Source of the DNA: an uncultured Bacteroidota bacterium
GTDB lineage: Bacteria > CLD3 > SB21
Length of the DNA: 64,000 nucleotides
Reading direction: 5' to 3'
Assembly: GCA_964544475.1 (NCBI GenBank)
Contig: CAZJBS010000009.1
Span: forward strand, 11,639-75,638
This document shows positions 47,566-57,948 of the stretch, piece after piece. Made by a program: the position numbers and the translations under genes. Numbering within the stretch: position 1 is the stretch's first letter; each line of letters begins with the position of its first letter. A model generated the notes under the pieces. The model did not search any database. It was given only the letters and a program-made list of their open reading frames with translations, and was not told the DNA's origin.

Positions 47566-48072
47566 ATGAATCTCTGGTTTCGTGTTTTGAGGGTGTTTCT
47601 GAAATCATTCAGATGTCCGCCCATTGAGGTTTTTGGAGAAAGCCGTTTATCTTTCCGTGTGTGGCCGACGGATCTTGACATCAATCTCCACATGAACAAC
47701 GGTCGATACCTGACCCTGATGGACCTGGGCCGCACCCATTTCATGTCGCAATTGCGTTTGTTGTGGAAATTACCTCTTCGCAAGTGGTACCCGGTGGTAG
47801 GGTCCGTACAAATCGAATTCATGCGGTCGCTTGATCCGTTCCGGAAATTTGATATTGTGACGAGACTGCTCACATGGGATGAGAAGTGGTTTTATTTGGA
47901 ACAGCGCTTTGAATCGAATGGTAGGACGATGGCCCGTGCGGTCTTGAAGGCCTTGTTCCTCGGATCCGGGGGACGCATTGGTCCGGAGGAGATCATCCGC
48001 CTGGTCATGGACGAGATACCTGAAAAACCACAACGGCCAACGGTGTTCGATACGGTAGAAGCCAAAGTTTGA
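47566..48072 (+). CDS. Thioesterase superfamily (hotdog-fold) protein
   Basis: RVWPTDLDINLHMNNGRYLTLMDLGR. Confidence 0.88.
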   Translation: MNLWFRVLRVFLKSFRCPPIEVFGESRLSFRVWPTDLDINLHMNNGRYLTLMDLGRTHFMSQLRLLWKLPLRKWYPVVGSVQIEFMRSLDPFRKFDIVTRLLTWDEKWFYLEQRFESNGRTMARAVLKALFLGSGGRIGPEEIIRLVMDEIPEKPQRPTVFDTVEAKV

Positions 48073-48108
48073 ATTATTCCGCCCCGGCAGAAATCGATTC
48101 TGACCGGA

Positions 48109-48729
48109 TCAGTTCATGACGCCATGCGCCGCGAGTTGTTCGCGCAGCTGATCGGGGCCGAGGTAGTGGATGGCATGCAGTCCGCAACGGCGGGCGGCCT
48201 CGACGTTTTGAAGACGATCGTCGATGAACAGGCATTCGTCCGGTCGCCGTTGGGTGATGCTCAAAGCGGCGCCGTAGATGTCGGAATTCGGCTTCATGGT
48301 GTTGAGATAGCAGGACGAAAAAAAAGCCTGAAAGTGTTTCTTGAGTTCAAAACGCTGTATGCGGTATTCATTGAGTTCACGGGATTCATTATTCAGCGTG
48401 GCCAGAAGGCACAGCGCCTTGGCCGACAGTTCCTTGAGAACTTCGAATCCCGGCAGCGCCTGAGATTGTTCAAACATCTTTTGTTTGAATTCCTGAACAG
48501 AGAAATGACGGCTGTAACCAAAAAGCGTCATTTCAAGATATTGATCCAGTGAACAACGTCCGACTTCAAAGGAGGCGGCCACCTCCCGGTGACGATCACC
48601 GAATTCATCCAGTTCCTTCTTGGATGCGATGCCAAACTCGGCGAGCACTTTCACACGTTGATCGCGATCCCAGGCGTTGGTGAGTATGACCCCGCCCAGA
48701 TCCCAAAAAATAGCCGTGATCTTTTTCAT
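48109..48729 (-). CDS. HAD-family phosphatase
   Basis: FWDLGGVIL, LNN, KP, FIDDRLQNVEAA. Confidence 0.88.
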   Translation of the reverse strand: MKKITAIFWDLGGVILTNAWDRDQRVKVLAEFGIASKKELDEFGDRHREVAASFEVGRCSLDQYLEMTLFGYSRHFSVQEFKQKMFEQSQALPGFEVLKELSAKALCLLATLNNESRELNEYRIQRFELKKHFQAFFSSCYLNTMKPNSDIYGAALSITQRRPDECLFIDDRLQNVEAARRCGLHAIHYLGPDQLREQLAAHGVMN

Positions 48730-48894
48730 AGGCTGTCCTTTGTTGAATACAAGAATGTGTGATGAATCAGGGGACTTGAATCCACAGACTCCTGGATAAT
48801 AACGTTTGAAGTCACCAACATCAAGCGCCTCACGATAGTTGATTATGTTCGGTCGAACATGTATTTTGCCGGGACGTTTTCCAGGGAGCAGCGA

Positions 48895-49518
48895 ATGGCA
48901 CGGGTGATAGGACTGACGGGGGGTATCGGGTGCGGCAAAACAGAAGTCGCTCGGTTGATGTCTTCATGGGGTGCTGTGGTCCTGAATGCCGATGACCTCG
49001 GACGTAAGATCGTCGAAACCGATGCGGGTGTCCTCGCATCGTTGAGGGAAGCTTTTGGTGACCGATTCTTTGATGCGACTGGCGCCTTGCGGCGAACAGA
49101 ACTCGGCGACTACGTGTTTGCGGATGAGAGTCGCAAGAGCTTGCTGAATACCATAGTCCATCCTCCGCTGTGGCAGCGGCTCCGGGACGAAATGAGCAAC
49201 GCGGTGGCTCAGGGTGCGCCACTGGTGGTCGTCGATGCGGCGCTGATTTATGAGACAGGGTTGGACGTCGAGTTGGAGACGATCGTCGTCGTTGTGGCTT
49301 CCCTGGATCATCGCCTGGAACGCCTCCGACGTCGTGACGGCCTGACCGATGAACAGATCTTGATTAGAATACGGTCGCAAATGCCCGTTGAAGAAAAGGC
49401 CGGGCGGGCGGAGTACGTTATTACAAACAATGGCACACGGGAGGAACTCGCACGCGATGTCCGCCGGATATTTGATTTACTGACGAAAACGAAACTCCAA
49501 ACAGGAAAAACCCGATGA
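48895..49518 (+). CDS. coaE: Dephospho-CoA kinase
   Basis: IGLTGGIGCGKT, LNTIVHP, DAALIYE, RIRSQMP. Start set at ATG 48895. Confidence 0.93.
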   Translation: MARVIGLTGGIGCGKTEVARLMSSWGAVVLNADDLGRKIVETDAGVLASLREAFGDRFFDATGALRRTELGDYVFADESRKSLLNTIVHPPLWQRLRDEMSNAVAQGAPLVVVDAALIYETGLDVELETIVVVVASLDHRLERLRRRDGLTDEQILIRIRSQMPVEEKAGRAEYVITNNGTREELARDVRRIFDLLTKTKLQTGKTR

Positions 49519-50486
49519 AGGCAGGCATACTACTGATGAACCTCGGGGGGCCGGATTCCCTGGAAGCTGTGAGACCGTTTCTGTACAACTTGTTCTCGGA
49601 TCCGGACATTATCCGGCTACCGGCCGGGGTGCTATACCAAAAACCATTGGCGGCACTAATTGCGAAGTTCCGAAGCCCGCGCATCGTAGAGCAATACAGG
49701 CAGATCGGCGGAAAGTCGCCGATTCTGGATTTGACAGCGGCCCAGGCGCGGATGCTCGAGGATCGGCTGCGGGCGCATGCGGAGGCTCGGGTGTATGTCG
49801 GCATGAGCTATTGGAAGCCGTTTGTGGCGGAGACCATGGCCCAAATGAAAGCCGACGGTGTGCAGCACGTGGTGACCCTGCCGTTGTATCCGCACTATTC
49901 CGTTTCGACAACGATGGCGAGCGACAATGGTTTTTCCAAAGCCGCCCGAAAACAAAAAATCGTGTTCGAAAAAATTACGCGCCTGGGTTCGTGGTACGAA
50001 GAGGTTTCGTTTCTTCAAGCATGGGCCGACCATATCAATGCGTCGGTTTCAGAGTATTTGCGAAGCCATGATCACCTCGAAAACCTGACAATCCTGTTCA
50101 GCGCCCATGGGATTCCTGTTCGTTATGTCAAAAATGGGGATCCGTATCCGCGCGAAGTTGCCGATTGCGTCGAGCGTATCATGACTCGTGTTGCCCCAAA
50201 AGTCCGGTACCGATTGAGTTTTCAAAGCAAGGTTGGACCGGTCCGGTGGCTGGAGCCCTACACGTTTGATGCGATCAAGGACATTGGAAAAGCAGAGAAC
50301 CAGGATATTCGGGTTGTCCCCATCAGTTTTGTGTCGGACCACATTGAGACCTTGTTTGAAATTGATGTGGAGTACGGGGAAGTGGCCCGCCATGCCGGGA
50401 TCCGCAGTTTTGCACGTGTGCCATCCCTCAACACATCGCCCGCCTTCATCGATGCGTTGGCCGCCATTTGTCTGCGCGTCCTCTAA
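49515..50486 (+). CDS. hemH: Ferrochelatase
   Basis: LLMNLGGPDS, IGGKSP, PLYPHYS, FSAHGIP, FQSKVGP..WLEP, FVSDHIETL. Confidence 0.96.
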   Translation: MKAGILLMNLGGPDSLEAVRPFLYNLFSDPDIIRLPAGVLYQKPLAALIAKFRSPRIVEQYRQIGGKSPILDLTAAQARMLEDRLRAHAEARVYVGMSYWKPFVAETMAQMKADGVQHVVTLPLYPHYSVSTTMASDNGFSKAARKQKIVFEKITRLGSWYEEVSFLQAWADHINASVSEYLRSHDHLENLTILFSAHGIPVRYVKNGDPYPREVADCVERIMTRVAPKVRYRLSFQSKVGPVRWLEPYTFDAIKDIGKAENQDIRVVPISFVSDHIETLFEIDVEYGEVARHAGIRSFARVPSLNTSPAFIDALAAICLRVL

Positions 50487-50517
50487 TCCATCTAAACCTT
50501 AACCTACGGAGCGCTTC

Positions 50518-51825
50518 ATGGAACGACTTATTGGACTGGTTGGTTTGGTTGTCATTCTCGGCATGGCCTTCTTGGCGTCCAACAACAGACGTCAAATTAA
50601 TTGGCGTCTTGTCGGCATGGGCCTTCTCATCCAGACCGTGTTTGCCGTGGCCATCATCAAAGGCAAACAGCTCGGGGTGCCGTACAATATTTTTTCACTG
50701 GCGTTCGAAAAGGTGGGGGAACTGTTCGTCCTTATCCTCGGATTTACGACGGAAGGAGCCAGATTCGTTTTCGGCAATCTGGCCTTGAGCCCCGGAAACG
50801 ACGGTACGATGGGATTCTTCTTTGTTTTCCAGGTACTGCCCACAATTATTTTCTTTTCGTCTCTGATGTCTGTACTGTACTACCTTGGTGTAATGCAGAA
50901 AGTTGTGCAAGGCATGGCGTGGGTGATGGCAAAACTCATGGGAACCAGCGGAGCGGAGTCCCTCTCCAATACGGCCAACATTTTTGTCGGCCAAACGGAG
51001 GCGCCGCTCATGATTCGTCCGTTCATCAAAACGATGACTCGGTCTGAACTGCTTACGATCATGGTGGGGGGCATGGCGACGATTGCCGGAGGCGTGATGG
51101 CGGCGTATGTGCAGATGTTGGGCAGTTCGTTTGCCGCTGTCCACCACCTCGAGATCCAACAGGCGCAGGTGCTTTTTGCAACGCAATTGCTTGGTGCAAG
51201 CATCATGGCGGCGCCGGCGGGGCTGGCGATTTCAAAGATTCTGTTTCCAGAAACGGAAGTGCCGGTCACCAAGGGCAGCGTAAAGATCAATGTGGAGAAG
51301 AACGCATCCAATGTGATCGAGGCGGCGGCGGGAGGGGCCTCCGATGGCCTCCAACTTGCCATGAATGTCGCAGGAATGCTTCTCGCCTTTATCGCACTCA
51401 TCGCACTATTCAATTGGCTTATCGGGCAGGCGGGCGGCCTGGTTGGTGTCGAGGGTCTGTCCCTGCAGGTGATCCTCGGATATGCGTTCGCCCCGGTGGC
51501 TTTTCTCACAGGTGTGCCATGGGGAGAAGCGACGGCCGTCGGAGGCTTGCTCGGGACGAAGATCATCCTGAATGAATTTGTGGCCTACTCCGATATGGCC
51601 GGCTTGATGAGTACCGGCGTGCTGGTCTCTGAAAGAGCCATCATGATCAGTACGTTTGCCCTGTGCGGTTTTGCCAATTTTTCGTCCATCGCCATTCAAA
51701 TCGGCGGCATTTCGCCGTTGGCCCCGGAACGCCGCAAAGACATCGCTGCGCTTGGTGTGCGGGCCGTATTTGGGGGAGTTTTGGCGACCCTCATGACCGG
51801 TACGATTGCCGGCATCATCCTGTAA
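50518..51825 (+). CDS. nupC: CNT-family nucleoside:cation symporter
   Basis: FQVLPTIIFFS, NIFVGQTEAP, GMATIAGG, NEFVAY, LCGFANFSSIAI. Confidence 0.93.
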   Translation: MERLIGLVGLVVILGMAFLASNNRRQINWRLVGMGLLIQTVFAVAIIKGKQLGVPYNIFSLAFEKVGELFVLILGFTTEGARFVFGNLALSPGNDGTMGFFFVFQVLPTIIFFSSLMSVLYYLGVMQKVVQGMAWVMAKLMGTSGAESLSNTANIFVGQTEAPLMIRPFIKTMTRSELLTIMVGGMATIAGGVMAAYVQMLGSSFAAVHHLEIQQAQVLFATQLLGASIMAAPAGLAISKILFPETEVPVTKGSVKINVEKNASNVIEAAAGGASDGLQLAMNVAGMLLAFIALIALFNWLIGQAGGLVGVEGLSLQVILGYAFAPVAFLTGVPWGEATAVGGLLGTKIILNEFVAYSDMAGLMSTGVLVSERAIMISTFALCGFANFSSIAIQIGGISPLAPERRKDIAALGVRAVFGGVLATLMTGTIAGIIL

Positions 51826-51828
51826 CCA

Positions 51829-53847
51829 ATGACATGGCTGCGCAGACACGGAACCGTCCTTTTCGTCATCGGACTCTTGCTGCTTCTGGTGGCAGGGGCC
51901 CCTCCGGTTGTGCGATACTTGATGCGCGGATATGTTCTCCGGCAATTTGAAAACCTTGAATCCCGAACGGGACAGCGCATCACATACCGTTCTCTCTCCT
52001 TTCCTTCCCTGAGTGAAATACGACTGACCGGCTTTCGGATGCATGAGAATGGGAACCCCAACGGTGCGACGCTGCAAGTCGACTCCGCAAGGTTGGAGTT
52101 GTTTGTTCTTGGATTTTTCACCGGTCGCTATTTGAAGTCGATTCAGATGGACACGGTGAGCGTCCACCTGCAACGGAACAGGGACTCCACAGACAATTTT
52201 AGTGCCGTATGGCATCTCTTGCGTGGATCGTCTGTCGCCGCCGTGGACGGTCAACGCGAAAACCTCAACGATCGCATTACCGGTCTGCTGGATCGCCCAC
52301 TTCCGTCCGTCCATGTCAATGCGCTCAACCTGACATTCAACGATCGCTTGAAACGACGCCGCGTGGTTTTGAGCCATTTTGCCATCCACGTCCACCAGCA
52401 AAGGAATCAGGACACACAGTTTGAGCTGAATGGTCTGGTCGACCAGCCTTCCGGCAAAGGCTCTGCCGTCGTGTCCGGGTTCTTCGGGCATGCGGAGCAT
52501 CGTCTTAAATTGAACGGATTTTTTGACCATGATTTTCGTGTGCCGCTGCTGAGCGAATGGCTCGGTCTGGATGTGTCCCTTGGTAATTTTGATCTGGACA
52601 TTCTCAACGTGGAGGCCGGACCCGGGCGGGATCATGTCCGGGCGGACCTGCATGTCGGCCAACTGAGCATCGCTTCCGAAGCGATATCCGGTAAACGTTT
52701 GACGGGCGTGGACTTTCGGGTCGGAACGAATGCGGAACTTGCGGGGGACAGCCTGATCATCCATTCGGCTGATTTTACTCTGGGCCGGATTGCGGTGGAA
52801 TGTTCCGGTTCGATCGCCAGAACCCTCACGAAGCCCCGTATTAATTTCCAGCTGAAACTTCCGATGATTGCGGTACACGATTTTCTGCTGTCGTTGCCCA
52901 ATGTCTTTGTCAATCGTATTGGAACGGCCAGAGTAGATGGGTCCTTTGAGTTTGTGTGCGACCTCATCGTCGACTGGGAACGACCGGACTCGGTCCTGTT
53001 CAATCCAAAATTGACCGTGTCGCCGGACTTTCGCGTGCGCAGCCTGGGGGACTCCATAAGGTTGAACCTGTTACTGGACACATTCACTTACATCGGCGCA
53101 AGAGTGGAACAGCCGGACACGTCGTTCGTGGTTGGCCCTGTGAATCCGTACTTCGTACCTTATGACAGCATTCCGGCGGTCCTGATCCAGTCTGTCATTC
53201 TCAGCGAGGACGGCTCATTTTTCAAAAACAACGGTTTCAACATCCTGCAAATAGAGAAATCCATCGCCCACAATATCAAGACCGGAAAATTTGCGCGGGG
53301 CGCCAGTACCATCTCAATGCAGTTCACCAAGAATCTCTTCTTGAGCAGGGAAAAAACGCTGGCGAGAAAATTCCAGGAGGTTCTTATCACATGGTTGATC
53401 AACCACGAGGGCTTGCTTGACGCGAGGAAAAACAAGGAACGGCACAAAAAACGGCTCCTCGAGATTTATTTGAATATCATCGAATGGGGACCGGATGTTT
53501 ATGGTATTGGAAGAGCCTCGGAGTTCTACTTTCAAAAAAAGCCACGTGAGCTGTCCGTCAGTGAGGCCGTTTTCCTGGCCACGATCATTCCGAATCCACG
53601 GAAATACGACCGTTATTTCGACCACGGTATGCCGAAAAGATCTCATGTGAATTACATGAACCTGATCAAGAAACTCCTGTACCGGCATGACATACTGTCC
53701 CGAGACTCCTTTGATCTGGCGTCTCAGGAACCGCTGAACATTTTGCAGCCTGCCAGCGACTGGATTGAAGGCTACACGTCGTATGGCGCTGACGTGGACA
53801 GTTCTATGGAGTACGAACATTCCATTCTGGATCCCATCAAACCTTAG
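51829..53847 (+). CDS. Monofunctional peptidoglycan transglycosylase with a long N-terminal extension
   Basis: C-terminal GT51 motifs SED, RGASTISMQFTKNLFL, RKFQE, EIYLNIIEWG; no transpeptidase motifs. Confidence 0.88.
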   Translation: MTWLRRHGTVLFVIGLLLLLVAGAPPVVRYLMRGYVLRQFENLESRTGQRITYRSLSFPSLSEIRLTGFRMHENGNPNGATLQVDSARLELFVLGFFTGRYLKSIQMDTVSVHLQRNRDSTDNFSAVWHLLRGSSVAAVDGQRENLNDRITGLLDRPLPSVHVNALNLTFNDRLKRRRVVLSHFAIHVHQQRNQDTQFELNGLVDQPSGKGSAVVSGFFGHAEHRLKLNGFFDHDFRVPLLSEWLGLDVSLGNFDLDILNVEAGPGRDHVRADLHVGQLSIASEAISGKRLTGVDFRVGTNAELAGDSLIIHSADFTLGRIAVECSGSIARTLTKPRINFQLKLPMIAVHDFLLSLPNVFVNRIGTARVDGSFEFVCDLIVDWERPDSVLFNPKLTVSPDFRVRSLGDSIRLNLLLDTFTYIGARVEQPDTSFVVGPVNPYFVPYDSIPAVLIQSVILSEDGSFFKNNGFNILQIEKSIAHNIKTGKFARGASTISMQFTKNLFLSREKTLARKFQEVLITWLINHEGLLDARKNKERHKKRLLEIYLNIIEWGPDVYGIGRASEFYFQKKPRELSVSEAVFLATIIPNPRKYDRYFDHGMPKRSHVNYMNLIKKLLYRHDILSRDSFDLASQEPLNILQPASDWIEGYTSYGADVDSSMEYEHSILDPIKP

Positions 53848-53854
53848 GAGCGGC

Positions 53855-54823
53855 ATGAAACTTGTGGACATAAGGCGGCGCGTCGTCTTCAATCATATCG
53901 GCCAGATCAAATGGCAGTGGCGCGCCGGCATCTTCTTTGTGTTGTATCTGGCCGGCCATGTGGCGGTTGTGTCGTTGGTTCAAACGTGGCAACAATTGAC
54001 CGGAACACCCGCGACAATCAAAGACCTGCCGTATGTCGCAGAATACGCGCTGCGGGCAGTTCTTCTTCTGCTACTGTCGTGGGGTTGCCTCCATACGCTT
54101 GACAAGAGACGTTTCGGCAGTCTGGGTCTCAGCTTTCACGTTTCCTGGAAAAAGGAGTTCGCATTCGGTCTGGCGGCCGGTTCGATCATTCCTGCGTCGA
54201 TCTGGATATTGCTGTGGAGCATCGGTGTTGTGGAAGTTCATGTCAGGGCATTGGATGTGGCAGGGGCCATCGGCGGCTTCGTGCTTAATGTCTTGTGGTG
54301 GTTGGGCGCGGCGGTTTATTACGAACTGTTATTCCGCGGCTACATACTGCAGAGTATGTCGGAGGGTCTTGGCAAGATCGCCGGAACGATTTTTGTTTCA
54401 TTTTGGTATGGAGCCGTCCAGATACAATTTGGGCCGGGCGGCATTATGGCCGCGGTAAATTATGGCATGGCGGGAATCATGTTTTCGGTCATATATTTCA
54501 GAACCGTATCCCTGTGGGCGCCTCTGGGACTGCATTTCGCATGGAATTTTGTTCAAGCATACGTCTTGGGCTCTCCGGTGACCGGAATGTCGGGCGGCAG
54601 TTCGGTGCTGGTGACATCCGTTCAAGGAGCACATTGGTTTGGGGGGAGTTCCTTTGGCATCGATAGTGGTGTGGCCGGTGCGCTGGTGATTGCCGTATTT
54701 CTGTACTATGTAACCCAGTCACGACAGCTGGTTGTCACGGACGAAATGCGCAAAATCAAATATGAAGCATTGACCACGCCGTTCGTCGAAGTGGCAAGAC
54801 CAGGAAACGGTACATCAAGATAA
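53855..54823 (+). CDS. CPBP (Abi/CAAX) family intramembrane metalloprotease-like protein
   Basis: YELLFRGY, SLWAPLGLHFAWNF; multiple TMs. Start set at ATG 53855. Confidence 0.82.
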   Translation: MKLVDIRRRVVFNHIGQIKWQWRAGIFFVLYLAGHVAVVSLVQTWQQLTGTPATIKDLPYVAEYALRAVLLLLLSWGCLHTLDKRRFGSLGLSFHVSWKKEFAFGLAAGSIIPASIWILLWSIGVVEVHVRALDVAGAIGGFVLNVLWWLGAAVYYELLFRGYILQSMSEGLGKIAGTIFVSFWYGAVQIQFGPGGIMAAVNYGMAGIMFSVIYFRTVSLWAPLGLHFAWNFVQAYVLGSPVTGMSGGSSVLVTSVQGAHWFGGSSFGIDSGVAGALVIAVFLYYVTQSRQLVVTDEMRKIKYEALTTPFVEVARPGNGTSR

Positions 54824-54889
54824 CCGGCGCAGATTTGGAAATAACGGTCAAAATGAGTACTATGGACGGTAACTGATCATCGAAATTCT

Positions 54890-55390
54890 ATGAAAGCGCT
54901 TTTCCCAATCCTCATTCTCACAGCCTGTTCAATGAGCCCGAAGGCAGTGACTGACCAGCTCCATGAATTTGACGGAAGTCATGACACCATTGTCGTGGGG
55001 AGTGGGTCGACGTCTTTGGACGGTATGGCGAACCAGCAAAGTGGCGAGCGGGATGCCGCCGTACCGACTCACAAAAGAGCCGGGCAGGACACATCAAAGG
55101 CCATCGCCAATTTTGTTTCCGTACAGCGTGCGGGTGACGTTTTTGTTTACCTTGACGGCCGCCGTTTGCGAGGGCAGGCGGTCGTGCCGGATCAACCGAC
55201 GGCTGAAAAACTCGCGTTTGCCTTACAGGAAGGCCGGGATCGTGAGTCGATGATGATGAGGATGAGAGTGGCCTGTTCGGGCGGATTCGAAGTGTGTTTG
55301 GATGGAATCGCTTACTTGTATTACGAGGAGAAAGACCAACACGGCCACTGTTCAGGTTCGTGGTACGTGACAGAGGCTTCATGCAAATGA
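54890..55390 (+). CDS. Hypothetical lipoprotein
   Basis: MKALFPILILTAC lipobox-like signal. Confidence 0.6.
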   Translation: MKALFPILILTACSMSPKAVTDQLHEFDGSHDTIVVGSGSTSLDGMANQQSGERDAAVPTHKRAGQDTSKAIANFVSVQRAGDVFVYLDGRRLRGQAVVPDQPTAEKLAFALQEGRDRESMMMRMRVACSGGFEVCLDGIAYLYYEEKDQHGHCSGSWYVTEASCK

Positions 55391-55426
55391 CCATATGTGA
55401 CGCAATCGCAATTCGGAGAGATCATC

Positions 55427-56815
55427 ATGAAACACCGCATTGAATCCGACAGCATGGGGGAAGTTCAGGTTCCTGAAAACAAGTACTATGGCGCGCAGAC
55501 CGCCAGATCCTTGATGAATTTCAAAATTGGCGGGGACCGTTTTCCCAGAGAATTGATTCGGGCACTGGGCATTTTGAAAAAAGCGGCGGCCATCACCAAT
55601 CAAGAACTTGGCACACTGCCAGCCGACAAAGCCAGAGTGATCATTCAGGCTGCCGATGAAGTGATTGAAGGGAAATTGGATGAGCACTTTCCATTGGTGG
55701 TTTGGCAAACGGGGAGCGGTACCCAAACCAACATGAATGCCAACGAAGTGATTTCAAACCGCGCGATCGAACTGGCCGGTGGTGTCATAGGAAGCAAGAA
55801 ACCGGTTCACCCCAATGATGATGTCAACAAAGCCCAATCTTCCAATGACACGTTTCCAACCGCCATGCACATTGCCGCGGCCGAGCAATTCAGGCATCAT
55901 CTGATACCGAAAGTGACCAGGTTGAAAAAGACGCTGAAGGAGAAATCCGAAAAATTCCAATCCACCATCAAAATCGGTCGCACCCATCTGATGGATGCCG
56001 TGCCGCTCACGCTTGGGCAGGAATTCTCAGGATATGTGCAACAACTGGAAAACGATCTCAAACGCATTGAGTTTGCGCTTGACGGCCTGTATGATCTGGC
56101 CTTGGGCGGAACCGCCGTTGGAACCGGGCTGAACACGCACCGGGATTTTGCGGTCAAAGCGGCAGAAAAGATCGGCTCCATTACCGGCATGCCATTCCGC
56201 AGCGCGCCCAACAAGTTTGAAGCGCTTGCCGCCCATGACGCCATCGTTTTTGCCAGCGGGGCTGTCAAAACGCTTGCCGCATCCCTCATGAAGATTGCCA
56301 ACGATGTGCGATGGCTCGCATCCGGTCCTCGATGCGGAATTGGAGAGTTGTCAATTCCTGACAATGAGCCGGGCAGTTCCATAATGCCTGGCAAAGTGAA
56401 TCCCACGCAGTCCGAGGCCATGACGATGGTCTGTGCCCAGGTCATGGGCAATGACGTCGCCGTTAATATCGGAGGCTTGTCGGGCAACTTTGAGTTGAAT
56501 GTCTTCAAGCCGCTCATGATCTTTAACCTGCTCAATTCGATACGACTTCTGGGCGATGCCTGTGACTCCTTCAATGATCATTGTGCCGTCGGAATTGAAG
56601 CCAATGACGGTGTCATCCGCAGACATCTCAGTAATTCGCTCATGCTGGTGACGGCCTTGAATCCCCACATCGGTTATGACCAGGCCGCCAAAGTGGCCAA
56701 GAAAGCCTTCCACGACAACTCCACACTGCGGGAAGCTGCCATTGCGCTCGGTGTGCTGACGGGAGAGAAATTTGATGAAATCGTCCGTCCTGAAAAAATG
56801 ATCGGTCCCACTTGA
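55427..56815 (+). CDS. fumC: Class II fumarate hydratase
   Basis: [39 protein letters not shown]. Start set at ATG 55427. Confidence 0.97.
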   Translation: MKHRIESDSMGEVQVPENKYYGAQTARSLMNFKIGGDRFPRELIRALGILKKAAAITNQELGTLPADKARVIIQAADEVIEGKLDEHFPLVVWQTGSGTQTNMNANEVISNRAIELAGGVIGSKKPVHPNDDVNKAQSSNDTFPTAMHIAAAEQFRHHLIPKVTRLKKTLKEKSEKFQSTIKIGRTHLMDAVPLTLGQEFSGYVQQLENDLKRIEFALDGLYDLALGGTAVGTGLNTHRDFAVKAAEKIGSITGMPFRSAPNKFEALAAHDAIVFASGAVKTLAASLMKIANDVRWLASGPRCGIGELSIPDNEPGSSIMPGKVNPTQSEAMTMVCAQVMGNDVAVNIGGLSGNFELNVFKPLMIFNLLNSIRLLGDACDSFNDHCAVGIEANDGVIRRHLSNSLMLVTALNPHIGYDQAAKVAKKAFHDNSTLREAAIALGVLTGEKFDEIVRPEKMIGPT

Positions 56816-56840
56816 TTCATGACCAGAAGTGACCTTTCTG

Positions 56841-56870
56841 AGCGGCGGCCTTCGTGCCGCCGCTTGTATT
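56841..56870 (+). terminator. GC-rich hairpin after fumC, probable terminator
   Basis: AGCGGCGGC-CTTCGT-GCCGCCGCT with a weak T tail. Confidence 0.45.
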
Positions 56871-57039
56871 TCCTGCCTTCTTTCAAATACCGCGGACGAG
56901 GGCACATTTTTTGTGAATTATGGAACTTAATTCATTTTTGGGGCGTTTAATGAGAGCAAGTTGACACCTTGTTCTTTGAAAATATTGAATTTACGAGCGA
57001 GAGAGATACTCTACATTTAGATCAGAAAGAAAGAGGAAG

Positions 57040-57897
57040 ATGGCACGAATCAAGATGCGGATTAACAGCCGCGAGGACCAGTCGATCGAAAGGTACTTGG
57101 AGGAAATTAACAAAGTTCCACTATTGAAGCCGGACGAGGAAATCGATCTGGCCAAAAGAATCAAGAAGAACGACAAGGAAGCTCTCAAGAAACTCGTTGA
57201 AGCCAATCTGCGATTTGTGGTCAGTGTCGCCAAGGACTATCAGAACCAGGGCCTGCCATTGAGCGACCTCATCAACGAAGGCAACCTCGGTCTCATGAAG
57301 GCCGCGGAACGGTTCGATGAAACCCGTGGTTTCAAGTTCATTTCTTACGCCGTGTGGTGGATCCGGCAGTCCATCCTTCAGGCCATAGCAGAGCATTCCC
57401 GTATCGTCCGGCTCCCGCTCAACCGCGTGGGCATGCTGAACAAAATCGGCAAGGCTTATAACGAGCTCGAGCAGGAATTCGAACGTGAGCCGAGCACCGA
57501 GGAAATTGCCACCGAACTCGAGATCAAAGATTATGACGTTTCGGATGCTTTACGAATCTCAAAACGTCATTTGTCCCTGGATGCACCTCTGCAGGAAGAC
57601 GAAAAGAGTGTCCTGATGGACACCGTACCGGACAAGGTCAACCCCTTGCCGGACGATATGCTGATGTCGGAGTCCTTGCGCAAGGATATCGAGAATACGC
57701 TGGCATCGCTTAGTGAGCGGGAGGCGAAGATCATCAAGTTGTATTTCGGATTGGGCATCGAACGATCGCTGACGTTGGAGGAGATCGGGGAGGAATTCCA
57801 ACTGACGCGCGAGCGGGTCCGGCAAATCAAGGAGAAGGCGATCAACCGCCTGCGGCATAAGTCCCGCAGCAAAGCCCTCCGTGCATATTTGGGCTAA
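57040..57897 (+). CDS. rpoD: RNA polymerase sigma factor, short RpoD/SigA type lacking region 1.1
   Basis: [49 protein letters not shown]; 285 aa. Confidence 0.9.
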   Translation: MARIKMRINSREDQSIERYLEEINKVPLLKPDEEIDLAKRIKKNDKEALKKLVEANLRFVVSVAKDYQNQGLPLSDLINEGNLGLMKAAERFDETRGFKFISYAVWWIRQSILQAIAEHSRIVRLPLNRVGMLNKIGKAYNELEQEFEREPSTEEIATELEIKDYDVSDALRISKRHLSLDAPLQEDEKSVLMDTVPDKVNPLPDDMLMSESLRKDIENTLASLSEREAKIIKLYFGLGIERSLTLEEIGEEFQLTRERVRQIKEKAINRLRHKSRSKALRAYLG

Positions 57898-57948
57898 TGA
57901 CTAGAAGCAGCCTGCGCCGCGCGTGCAGGCTGTTACTTTTGGAGAACC

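Noticed and set aside
51406-52878. 490 aa minus-strand ORF
   Set aside because: Antisense to nupC and the transglycosylase; a typical codon-bias shadow.
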